Shown piece by piece: positions 1 to 7,052 of a stretch of 11,793 nt of DNA. The stretch comes from Candidatus Odinarchaeota archaeon (GTDB lineage Archaea; Asgardarchaeota; Odinarchaeia; Odinarchaeales; Odinarchaeaceae), in NCBI GenBank assembly GCA_038826135.1, contig JAWBON010000035.1:1-11793 (forward strand), written 5' to 3'. The notes under the pieces are model-generated. The model saw nothing but the letters and a program-made list of their open reading frames with translations, made no database searches and had not been told where the DNA came from. Made by a program: the position numbers and the translations under genes. The number at the start of each line of letters is the position of its first letter. Positions within the stretch are counted from its first letter, which is position 1.

Positions 1-93
1 TTTTAACTTTTCTATTATTTTTAAAAATCGGTTCAAAAAATATTTCCGCTTAAATTACTCTAAAATCTAATTGCTAGATTTTTTCAACTGGTG

Positions 94-167
94 TTTGAGC
101 GCTGATGATGCTGTTAATAAGCCTCGGTTTAATTTTTCTGTAATCTTTAATCGAATCTGAGTTTAGA
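94..167 (+). ncRNA. Candidate box C/D (kink-turn) small RNA
   Basis: C-box-like CTGATGA at 102-108 and D box CTGA at 157-160, 48 nt apart. The terminal stem TTTGAGC (94-100) / GTTTAGA (161-167) pairs over 7 bp including 3 G-U, in K-turn register (3-nt bulge GCT 101-103); A108-T156 and T109-A155 extend the non-canonical stem. Internal C'/D' boxes are not recognisable and no target was identified. Lies in apparently non-coding DNA. Confidence 0.4.
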
Positions 168-248
168 ACTGGAAATAGGAACCTTGAATACAGTAAAATA
201 CTTTAAGATGTCTGATTAAGGTTAAAGATGAGGTTTGGAGCTTTCTTT

Positions 249-986
249 TCATGACGGCCGGTTAATCGGTTTAATAGCTTCAGATGCGCGTCTTAATATC
301 CCTATCAACGTATGCGCTTCTCTTCCAGTGATTAGAGCTCTGCCGATGATGTTTCTAATTATTCGATGCGCTATATGGAGTTTAGTCACCGGATAGTTGA
401 TTTTACCCAGAATCTCGTTGAAATATTTTAAAATAATCTCTTTCTCGTCTTTACTAGCCAGTCTGTTTTTTTGGAAGCCTCTTTTAGCTTTAACCTTATG
501 TAATTCGTAGAATATTATCGAAGCTGCGTGGGAGACGTTTAAAGTCATGTAAGCCGGTTCCGCTGGTATTGTGACTGTGAAATCGCAGCGGTTTAACTCT
601 CTATTTGATAATCCTTTGCTTTCTCTCCCGAAAATTATAGCCGTTCTCCCTTTTTTCGCTAAATCCAGTTTATCCAGTTCATGCGATGAAATACAGTTTC
701 TTACAGGATTATAGTCGGATGCCGCTATAGCGGTTGTACCTATTACTAAATCTATGTTTTTCAGCGCGTCTTCTAAAGAATCCACTATTTTAATACTGTT
801 TACAATATCTACTCCATGACCGGCAAAGTTTATTGTTTCACTGTTAACCTCCGCTATAGGTTTAACGAGTATTAATTCTTTAAGACCGAAGTTCTTCATC
901 AACCTGGCTATGGCGCCTATGTTACCGCTGCTTTCAGGTTCCATAAGCACAATCCTAAAATTCTCCAGCGGGTAAGTGTAAAACAT
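249..986 (-). CDS. trmJ: tRNA (cytidine/uridine-32-2'-O)-methyltransferase, TrmJ/LasT SPOUT family (245 aa)
   Basis: Motifs RIVLMEPESSGNIGAIARLMKNFG, AIIFGRESKGLSNREL and IPAEPAYMTLNVSHAASIIFYEL, plus a C-terminal helical extension. Start moved from the track's GTG at 1019 to ATG at 986, which follows the SD GGTGA (996-992) at a 5-nt spacing. Confidence 0.9.
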   Translation of the reverse strand: MFYTYPLENFRIVLMEPESSGNIGAIARLMKNFGLKELILVKPIAEVNSETINFAGHGVDIVNSIKIVDSLEDALKNIDLVIGTTAIAASDYNPVRNCISSHELDKLDLAKKGRTAIIFGRESKGLSNRELNRCDFTVTIPAEPAYMTLNVSHAASIIFYELHKVKAKRGFQKNRLASKDEKEIILKYFNEILGKINYPVTKLHIAHRIIRNIIGRALITGREAHTLIGILRRASEAIKPINRPS

Positions 987-994
987 ATTTTTCA

Positions 995-1041
995 CCAGCT
1001 CTGTGGCAGAAAACCCCACGGATAGATCGTGGGTTGCTGAC
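995..1041. other. GC-rich structured intercistronic element upstream of trmJ (predicted three-way junction)
   Basis: 27 of 47 nt are G+C in an AT-rich context. Stems: CCCACG 1015-1020 / CGTGGG 1028-1033, TCTG 1000-1003 / CAGA 1007-1010, and outer CAGC 996-999 / GCTG 1036-1039. Function unknown. Confidence 0.35.
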
Positions 1042-1081
1042 TCTAAATATTCTAATTTTTTATTACTAAGCTAAGAATCTA

Positions 1082-2239
1082 TCAGGTGAATATTTGAATT
1101 ATATCCTTATCCGCTAGTTTATGGTCTAATCCAACTTTTTCACCTGGAAATTTTGCTGAGGATCCGTAAATCTTAGCGTATTTGAATCCTTTTAAGAATT
1201 TCACACTTAATCTTTTAGCAACATCTCTTACTGTGGCACCGTTTTTTAAAACTAAAGGTTTAGGTGAAACACCCTCATCCGAGTCTTTAGTGTAAACTCT
1301 TATTATATTCAGCATTGTGAAAATCTTGTTTTTTAATAGTTCGAGCCCTATGTTTTTACTAGCTGAGACTGCTATAACCTCAATCCTCCCCTCGACCAGC
1401 GGTTTTAAAATCTCATAATTTGCCGCTGACCCCTCTAAATCACCTTTATTAGCAACTATTATAGCAGGCTTGTAAACAATTCTTTCATCTAAAGCATCTG
1501 TTAAATCTGTTAATGTTACATAATCGTTGAAATGAATGGTTGCGTTAAATATACCCGACTCTTTAAGCAGCTCCATCAGATCTTCTCTACTACCTTTAAA
1601 ATACTGTAAGCCTGTGATATTAAGGCCGCCGCTCCCGGTTTTTCTGATTTTAACAGCAGGCGGGGTTTTATTAATTTTTATACTGTTTCTATCCAGCTCA
1701 TCCATTATAGTATTATACTGTTCAACCGGGTTTTTAGATAAATCTATCAAAATTAATATCGCATCAGAGTTTCTGATTATGCTAAATATGGAGGGGCCTG
1801 TGACACTGTTTGTTAATCCGTCAAATATAGCCGGTGTTTCAATTAACTGTATTAGAGCACCGTCGCAGTTGAGCATTCCAAGCTCAGGCTCCTTAGTGGT
1901 AAAAGGATAATCCGCTATCTTCACGTCAGCGCCTGTTAAAGCGGCTAGCAGTGAACTTTTACCCGTGTTAGTTAATCCTATTAAAACAATCTGGGCAGCG
2001 CCCTCTTTAGGTATATTGGTCTTTTTACCTCCACCTCGCTTAATTTTCTTAGAGGTTTCAAACTCGTTTTTAAGCTTAGCAAGCCTGGTTTTAAGCACAC
2101 TTAAAAGCTTCTCAGTACCTTTATGTTTAGGTATCTTACTGATAAAATCTTGGAGAGTTCTAATTTTATCTGGTAAAGTAGTCGCTTCATTATATTTTTC
2201 CTCCGCCACCTGCGCTTCCGGCGGTAGATTAGTAGGCAC
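1082..2239 (-). CDS. DRG/OBG-family GTP-binding protein with C-terminal TGS domain (archaeal MPTNLPPE-type paralogue, 385 aa)
   Basis: G1 GLTNTGKS, switch I ADYPFTT, G3 variant ETPA, G4 NKGD, G5 VSA, N-terminal KIPKHKGTEKL, TGS tail KVGLDHKLADKDII. GTG start with AGGTGA SD inside the 3' end of the upstream gene. Confidence 0.9.
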   Translation of the reverse strand: MPTNLPPEAQVAEEKYNEATTLPDKIRTLQDFISKIPKHKGTEKLLSVLKTRLAKLKNEFETSKKIKRGGGKKTNIPKEGAAQIVLIGLTNTGKSSLLAALTGADVKIADYPFTTKEPELGMLNCDGALIQLIETPAIFDGLTNSVTGPSIFSIIRNSDAILILIDLSKNPVEQYNTIMDELDRNSIKINKTPPAVKIRKTGSGGLNITGLQYFKGSREDLMELLKESGIFNATIHFNDYVTLTDLTDALDERIVYKPAIIVANKGDLEGSAANYEILKPLVEGRIEVIAVSASKNIGLELLKNKIFTMLNIIRVYTKDSDEGVSPKPLVLKNGATVRDVAKRLSVKFLKGFKYAKIYGSSAKFPGEKVGLDHKLADKDIIQIFT

Positions 2240-2242
2240 TCT

Positions 2243-2848
2243 TCATTCACCTAGTTTTTCGCCTTCTATAACAATTAACTCTTCGAAAAAATATTTTTTC
2301 CGCGCGATTATTCTATTTTTAAAACCTTGTGACTGTAACTTATCTAAGGTGTCTTCTATTCCAGTTAAATCTGACTGGATTAAGTACAGTCGCCCAGATT
2401 CATCTAAGAAATTTTTAACTGAGAATATGAATCTATCGATTAACACTCTCCCATTCCAACCCCCATCCCATGTGTTCTCTAATCGGTCTTTTACTCTATC
2501 GTCTTCGCTCGTAGGCAGATAAGGCGGGTTGAAGATGATTACAGTGAATTTTTCATCCTTCTTTATTGGAGTGAATAAATCTCCTAAACGGAAATCTATG
2601 TTATAAACACTGTTTATTATAGAGTTTTCAACCGCTGTTTTTAAAGCTTCAGGGGAAATATCTGTTGCAACAATCTTTCTAGCAATTTTAGCTAGCTGAA
2701 TAGATATAAATCCTGAGCCTACGCCTATTTCTAATACACTGTCAGCGGGTTTTACATTAATGTTTTCTAGAAGGAGAAATGTGTCCTCTGAGGGAGGGTA
2801 AACATTATCCGGTATGTTAAAAATATAACCGTTATATGAGAGTCTTAT
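2243..2848 (-). CDS. HemK2/PrmC-related class I SAM-dependent methyltransferase (putative aRF1 Gln methyltransferase, about 201 aa), probable ATA start
   Basis: Translated by hand: the frame is open from 2887 to 2243 and reads RLSYNGYIFNIPDNVYPPSEDTFLL...VLEIGVGSG...ATDIS...GDLF...IIFNPPYLP...WDGGWNGR. The track ORF 2243..2446 is only the C-terminal third. No ATG/GTG/TTG occurs upstream of 2446 in frame. ATA at 2848-2846 overlaps the ksgA stop (ATAA) and follows GAGGGA (2860-2855). Confidence 0.85.
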   Translation of the reverse strand: MRLSYNGYIFNIPDNVYPPSEDTFLLLENINVKPADSVLEIGVGSGFISIQLAKIARKIVATDISPEALKTAVENSIINSVYNIDFRLGDLFTPIKKDEKFTVIIFNPPYLPTSEDDRVKDRLENTWDGGWNGRVLIDRFIFSVKNFLDESGRLYLIQSDLTGIEDTLDKLQSQGFKNRIIARKKYFFEELIVIEGEKLGE

Positions 2849-3687
2849 AGAAGATCCCTCATCTTGTTTGAAAGATAAGTTACTAGTTCATCTATCATAT
2901 TTATATCCAGCTCTCTGACTCTTAAATCACTATAAGGGGCTTCATATAATACTTGTTTTTGAACATCTTTTATTATATTTAACCTATCCATATAGTGTTT
3001 AATAGCGGAATGAAGTTTTTTATTTTTATAAAGAAATAGTTCGTTAACTATTTTAGTGAACGCTTCAAGATTGCTTTTTATTTTAATTTCTTTTTTAGGT
3101 AGAAGTTTAACTATAGCCGAGTCAACTTTAGGTCTCGGATAGAATGCGGTTCTGGGAACTATTTCAAGTATTTGTACATCTGTTCTCAAAGCCGCATTTA
3201 CACTCAGCCTGCAATAGTTTGCACTACCAGGTTTGGCTATAAGTCTTTTAGCGAATTCTAATTGATACATTAAAACCCCTATCTCGAATTTATATGATAG
3301 TATTTTAAACGTTAAAGGTGAAGCGATATTGTATGGTATGTTCGCTACAATTTTATTAAAATGCGGGTACTCGCATTTCAACGCGTCGCATTCGAGAATT
3401 TCAATGTTGTCATATTCTGCTGAGCGTTTTCTTAATATTTCGACAAGAGATTCATCAAGTTCTATAGCGTATATTTTTTTTACTAATGGTGATATTTTAA
3501 TTGTTAAATTACCTATACCAGCCCCTATCTCTAAGACTGTGTCCTCCTTATCTAATTCACCTGCTTGTAACTGTTTTGAAATATACTTAGAATCTGTTAT
3601 AAAGGATTGGCCTAGTCTTTTACGCAATCTTATACTATTTTCACGCAGTATTCTCTTCGTCTCATCTAAAAGATTGTAATTATACAT
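2845..3687 (-). CDS. rsmA: 16S rRNA m6,2A dimethyltransferase KsgA/RsmA/Dim1 (280 aa)
   Basis: Motifs KRLGQSF, VLEIGAGIGNLT, AIELD, DAL, VANIPYNIASP, LMYQLEFAKRL, RLSV, AFYPRPKVDSAIV. Confidence 0.95.
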   Translation of the reverse strand: MYNYNLLDETKRILRENSIRLRKRLGQSFITDSKYISKQLQAGELDKEDTVLEIGAGIGNLTIKISPLVKKIYAIELDESLVEILRKRSAEYDNIEILECDALKCEYPHFNKIVANIPYNIASPLTFKILSYKFEIGVLMYQLEFAKRLIAKPGSANYCRLSVNAALRTDVQILEIVPRTAFYPRPKVDSAIVKLLPKKEIKIKSNLEAFTKIVNELFLYKNKKLHSAIKHYMDRLNIIKDVQKQVLYEAPYSDLRVRELDINMIDELVTYLSNKMRDLL

Positions 3688-3698
3688 CGTGAAACTCT

Positions 3699-4265
3699 TT
3701 AGAATCTGGTAAATATCTGGTATTTATCCTGTTTTTCAAGCTCGTTAAGTATTCTTTTAACTATCATTTTTTTAGGGTCGGATATTCTAACCCTGGCCAC
3801 TAAATCGTTAAAACTGTCGAATTGTTTTCTCTTCCGCTCCTCTATTATCTCCCACATGAGTTTTTTCCCTATACCCGGTAAAAGCTCAAGCTGGTGCATT
3901 CTATTTGTTAAAGGTCTGGCTTCATTAAAGAAATTTATAAAATCTAACTCTCTCTTATCAACGATTTTTTCAACAGCTACAGGCAGCTCCATTTTAGCTG
4001 TTGTAGTTAACTCCTCGTAGTCTATTCTCTTTTTAACATGGTCTATTTTATCCCGGTTTCCAACCCCGATAAACACTCTTTCATGCGTGTTAACTGTAAC
4101 ATCCTTTTTAGGTGTAAGCTCGAGTAATGTGAAAAATTCTTCACCAACAGCTTGAATAACAGGTTCATGTGTGTAAGCCTGCCTTTTCACGTCTAGCTTA
4201 CCGTTTCTTAAGAAGTCTAGTACATAGGCGTACTCCTCGTATTTCTTCGAGCTTTGAAAACTCAT
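3699..4265 (-). CDS. DUF655 family predicted RNA-binding protein (HhH-containing, 188 aa)
   Basis: Motifs YEEYAYVLDFL, QAVGEEFFTLLEL, FFNEARPLTNRMHQLELLPGIGKKLMWEIIEER; conserved position between rpo4 and ksgA in archaea. Confidence 0.9.
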   Translation of the reverse strand: MSFQSSKKYEEYAYVLDFLRNGKLDVKRQAYTHEPVIQAVGEEFFTLLELTPKKDVTVNTHERVFIGVGNRDKIDHVKKRIDYEELTTTAKMELPVAVEKIVDKRELDFINFFNEARPLTNRMHQLELLPGIGKKLMWEIIEERKRKQFDSFNDLVARVRISDPKKMIVKRILNELEKQDKYQIFTRF

Positions 4266-4320
4266 TTAAAACCACTTCTTTAAATAAAATATTTTATTAA
4301 TATTAAATAATAAAAATAGA

Positions 4321-4650
4321 TTATTGCTTATATTCTTTTATTTTTTTAAGTATCTCCTCCACCTCTTCAGGGGTAAAATCCCTCTCACCTGTTAAGAAAA
4401 CCGTCAGCTCCTCTTTATACTCAGGTAAAGCGTTAACTATCTGGACGGCTGTATTTTCACTGACACCCATTTTAACCAGCTCCTTAGATAGGTTTCTAGC
4501 TTGCTGAACAGTTAGAGGGGTCATCTTACCTACATAGTCTAATGTTACTCGTTGAACATAGCTAAGCTCCCCCTCTTTCTCTCTTTTCTGGAGAATGCTC
4601 TTAACCTCTGCTAGAGTTAGAGTGTTTTCCTTGATCTTCTCTTTAACCAT
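4321..4650 (-). CDS. rpo4: DNA-directed RNA polymerase subunit Rpo4 (RpoF, 109 aa)
   Basis: Motifs LTLAEVKSIL, ELSYVQRVTLDY, AVQIVNALPEYKEEL; size and synteny with rpl21e and DUF655. Confidence 0.9.
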   Translation of the reverse strand: MVKEKIKENTLTLAEVKSILQKREKEGELSYVQRVTLDYVGKMTPLTVQQARNLSKELVKMGVSENTAVQIVNALPEYKEELTVFLTGERDFTPEEVEEILKKIKEYKQ

Positions 4651-4668
4651 TTTTAAATGCCCCCCGGT

Positions 4669-4959
4669 TTAAGCGCTTTTAATATGCTCTGGCCTGGATA
4701 TAACTATTTTCTCGCTTCCACCAATATTGAAAGATATAAGGTACGCGCGCCCTCTTCTACCTATTATAGTCCCTGTTTTCCCATGGTATCTTTTATGAGG
4801 CTGCCCCTTGTGAATCGTTGAATTTATAAATAAGCTTACTTTTTCACCAGGCTCATACTCTCTTAAAAGATAGCTTAGAGAGGGCATTCCCTTATCCCTT
4901 TGCTTCTTCGAGAATAATTTTCTCGTTCTACTCCTGTAACCTTTAGTTTTTCTAACCAT
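4669..4959 (-). CDS. rpl21e: 50S ribosomal protein L21e (96 aa)
   Basis: Motifs KGYRSRTRK, GQPHKRYHGKTG, GRAY, RPEHI. ATG at 4959 preferred over the track's GTG at 4968, because AGGTG (4970-4966) is a better-placed SD for it. Confidence 0.95.
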   Translation of the reverse strand: MVRKTKGYRSRTRKLFSKKQRDKGMPSLSYLLREYEPGEKVSLFINSTIHKGQPHKRYHGKTGTIIGRRGRAYLISFNIGGSEKIVISRPEHIKSA

Positions 4960-5064
4960 ATTCGGCACCTGCCTAGATAAACGTGAAATTACATCTCCAA
5001 GTGTTAACTAACTGAATAATTAATTAAAATAAAAACTCTTTGGTATCTGTAGAAGACTCGCTTA

Positions 5065-6450
5065 TTAAATATTATTTTTAACATCCTGTTTTTCAGATAC
5101 AGCAGCTTCATCCGGGAAGTCAACGTTTAAAACATCTAATTGTATACATTTAGCTTCAACGCCCAGAATCTCGGATAGGCTGGGTTTAGTCCTACCGTCA
5201 TCTCCGCTTACAAGCTCCTTTACATAAAGTCCACCTTGACAATCAACCACTAATTCGAGTTTATTATCTGATAGCCGTTTTATTTTCACACTGTAGACCT
5301 GCTTCTCTCGCAGCTTATCACTTCTCCTGTGGGCTACTCGCTTAGGTGTCCTCTGTTGAATAATCGTGTTTAAAAGACGATTTTCCGCCTCACTTATTTT
5401 ATCATCTATTATATTATTATTTAACTCGACGATCGCCCTGTATTTTTTCTTAGTTATCTTTGATAATGCTTTAATCCTTCGGATTATATTTCTTGAAGTC
5501 CATTTTAAATCAGATACTTCAACTTTTCCATTCGCGTGTTGATTTATTAATTTCGTTATTGTTTCTAACTCTACAAATCTTTTCTTAACACCTTTAACCT
5601 CTAATACGAAAGGTCTCCCAACACCCGTCATTATAGCGTCTATATCCTCCCTGCCAGCGCCGTGAAATTTAGCTGACACACCGTTGAGTTTTTCTATCAC
5701 AGGCTCAGAGATAAGCTCTTCAACGGAGGTTTCATACATTTTCCCTTTGAAACCACATTTTTCACACCCGGCTCCTTTACAGGCTTTACAAAGCCACTTT
5801 GTCTGAGGTATTCCCCTAACTAGCTTCTTATATCTACCGTAGATAAACACAGGGTTAACGTTTACCCTGATTTGGAAGCCGGGAATCGAGTATTCAACGA
5901 TTATATGGGGGTTTTCAAAACTGGTTTCACAGTCTCTAAAATACTGTTTAATTTTTTTACCTATCTCCCTGTTTAATTCACTTTTAATAGATTCCCCCCA
6001 TATTACTCCGAATCTGGCTCTAAGATTATCCTCTCTCTCAATTATCCGCTCATCCACATTAGTTCCGACTAGGAATGTTTTAAACTCGTATTTTTCTAAC
6101 TCTCTCAGACTGTTACTTAACAGCTCGTCAAGTTTATTGAAAACACCATCGCATATATAGCAAACCCCCTCCACAGCTGTGTTTAAACCTCTTTCTTCAG
6201 ATAAAAATTTCTCAACTGGCTTAAACCCTATAATATTTTTCACAGCCTCTATTATTTTATCAGCTTTCGCGTTTTCACTTTTTTTCAGCATTTCATCAGC
6301 GTTCATAACCAACATTGTTATTATCGCTTCCCCCCTCTCCTTATTCGTTAACCCTGTTGCTAACATTCCAAACATGCGGCCTAAACAATTGCAGCAAAGT
6401 TTATGTTCTCTTAAAATAGTTGTTGTTTTATCCAAAATATCATAGGCCAT
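5065..6450 (-). CDS. pus10: tRNA pseudouridine(54/55) synthase Pus10 (461 aa)
   Basis: N-terminal CxxC/CxxC and THUMP region (KSELNREIGK); YGRYKKLVRGIPQTKW; catalytic FHGAGREDIDA; GRPFVLE; thumb loop QRTPKRVAHRR; GGLYVKELVSGDDGRTKPS. Confidence 0.95.
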   Translation of the reverse strand: MAYDILDKTTTILREHKLCCNCLGRMFGMLATGLTNKERGEAIITMLVMNADEMLKKSENAKADKIIEAVKNIIGFKPVEKFLSEERGLNTAVEGVCYICDGVFNKLDELLSNSLRELEKYEFKTFLVGTNVDERIIEREDNLRARFGVIWGESIKSELNREIGKKIKQYFRDCETSFENPHIIVEYSIPGFQIRVNVNPVFIYGRYKKLVRGIPQTKWLCKACKGAGCEKCGFKGKMYETSVEELISEPVIEKLNGVSAKFHGAGREDIDAIMTGVGRPFVLEVKGVKKRFVELETITKLINQHANGKVEVSDLKWTSRNIIRRIKALSKITKKKYRAIVELNNNIIDDKISEAENRLLNTIIQQRTPKRVAHRRSDKLREKQVYSVKIKRLSDNKLELVVDCQGGLYVKELVSGDDGRTKPSLSEILGVEAKCIQLDVLNVDFPDEAAVSEKQDVKNNI

Positions 6451-7042
6451 TTAACATCATATCCAAATAGTTTTGATATATAGTGATCAGCTCATAGGGG
6501 TTAATGTTAACTCCGCTCTTAAATTTGAACGTTTTCAGATTAAATTCTTCTAGTAATTTGAGAGAATCATCGATTATTGACGGTTTAAGAAATACAAGAA
6601 GAAACTGATCCTTCGCGCTTATATATGGTTCAATATTCGGGGAATCTTCTCTATAATAGTATATGATATCCTCACTATTTACTAAGGGTCTAAGGTAGTC
6701 TGAAACACATTCTCTAATAACAGTTATCCCTGGAGTTGAATTAACGGTTTGCTTTTTCACTCCAGCTCTCAGTAGATTAAACGCTTTAACTAATAGTAAA
6801 CTAATAGATCTTAGATCCGGCCCCATATATTTTACTTTAGAACCATCCACAGTTACGACACTGTTAAACCAAGGGTTGAAAAACACTGTTTTAACGTTTA
6901 ATCTAATTCCATCACTTATTAATAACGCTGACCTAGTGCAATTACATAGTAGATTAAGATGAGATGTTATTAATCCATTATCGATATCTTGTTTATCATC
7001 AGTCAGCTCTCTGAAATCAACCCCTATCAGTATATATCTCAC
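6440..7042 (-). CDS. trmY: TrmY-like SPOUT protein (tRNA pseudouridine-54 N1-methyltransferase homologue), divergent (200 aa)
   Basis: Similarity to remembered TrmY motifs: LNLLCNC..ALLISDGIRLNV, GSKVKYMGPDLRSI, STPGITV, ITIYQNYLD. Overlaps pus10 by 11 nt, the known pus10-trmY linkage. SAM-knot motifs look degenerate. Confidence 0.7.
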   Translation of the reverse strand: MRYILIGVDFRELTDDKQDIDNGLITSHLNLLCNCTRSALLISDGIRLNVKTVFFNPWFNSVVTVDGSKVKYMGPDLRSISLLLVKAFNLLRAGVKKQTVNSTPGITVIRECVSDYLRPLVNSEDIIYYYREDSPNIEPYISAKDQFLLVFLKPSIIDDSLKLLEEFNLKTFKFKSGVNINPYELITIYQNYLDMMLNGL

Positions 7043-7052
7043 TCAACCACCG

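Noticed and set aside
163-252. 29-codon minus-strand ORF (MKRKLQTSS...) overlapping the trmJ stop by ATGA, plus a nearby 42-codon startless open stretch in another frame
   Set aside because: No recognisable protein similarity. I tested the CTTTAA/TTAAAG hairpin for a BHB intron that could join the two frames and the central helix does not pair.
1536-2522. Plus-strand ORFs 1536..1910 and 1965..2522
   Set aside because: Antisense shadows of the DRG and HemK genes; low-complexity S/L/I-rich translations with no motifs.
2849-2887. KsgA-HemK fusion by programmed -1 frameshift (the HemK frame is open 39 nt into ksgA)
   Set aside because: No X-XXY-YYZ slippery heptamer in the overlap; an ATA start with SD explains the gene more simply.
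4266-4320. AT-only palindromes (ATAAAATATTTTAT, TTAATATTAA) between rpo4 and DUF655
   Set aside because: Expected by chance in nearly pure A/T spacer DNA; may simply be terminator/promoter sequence.
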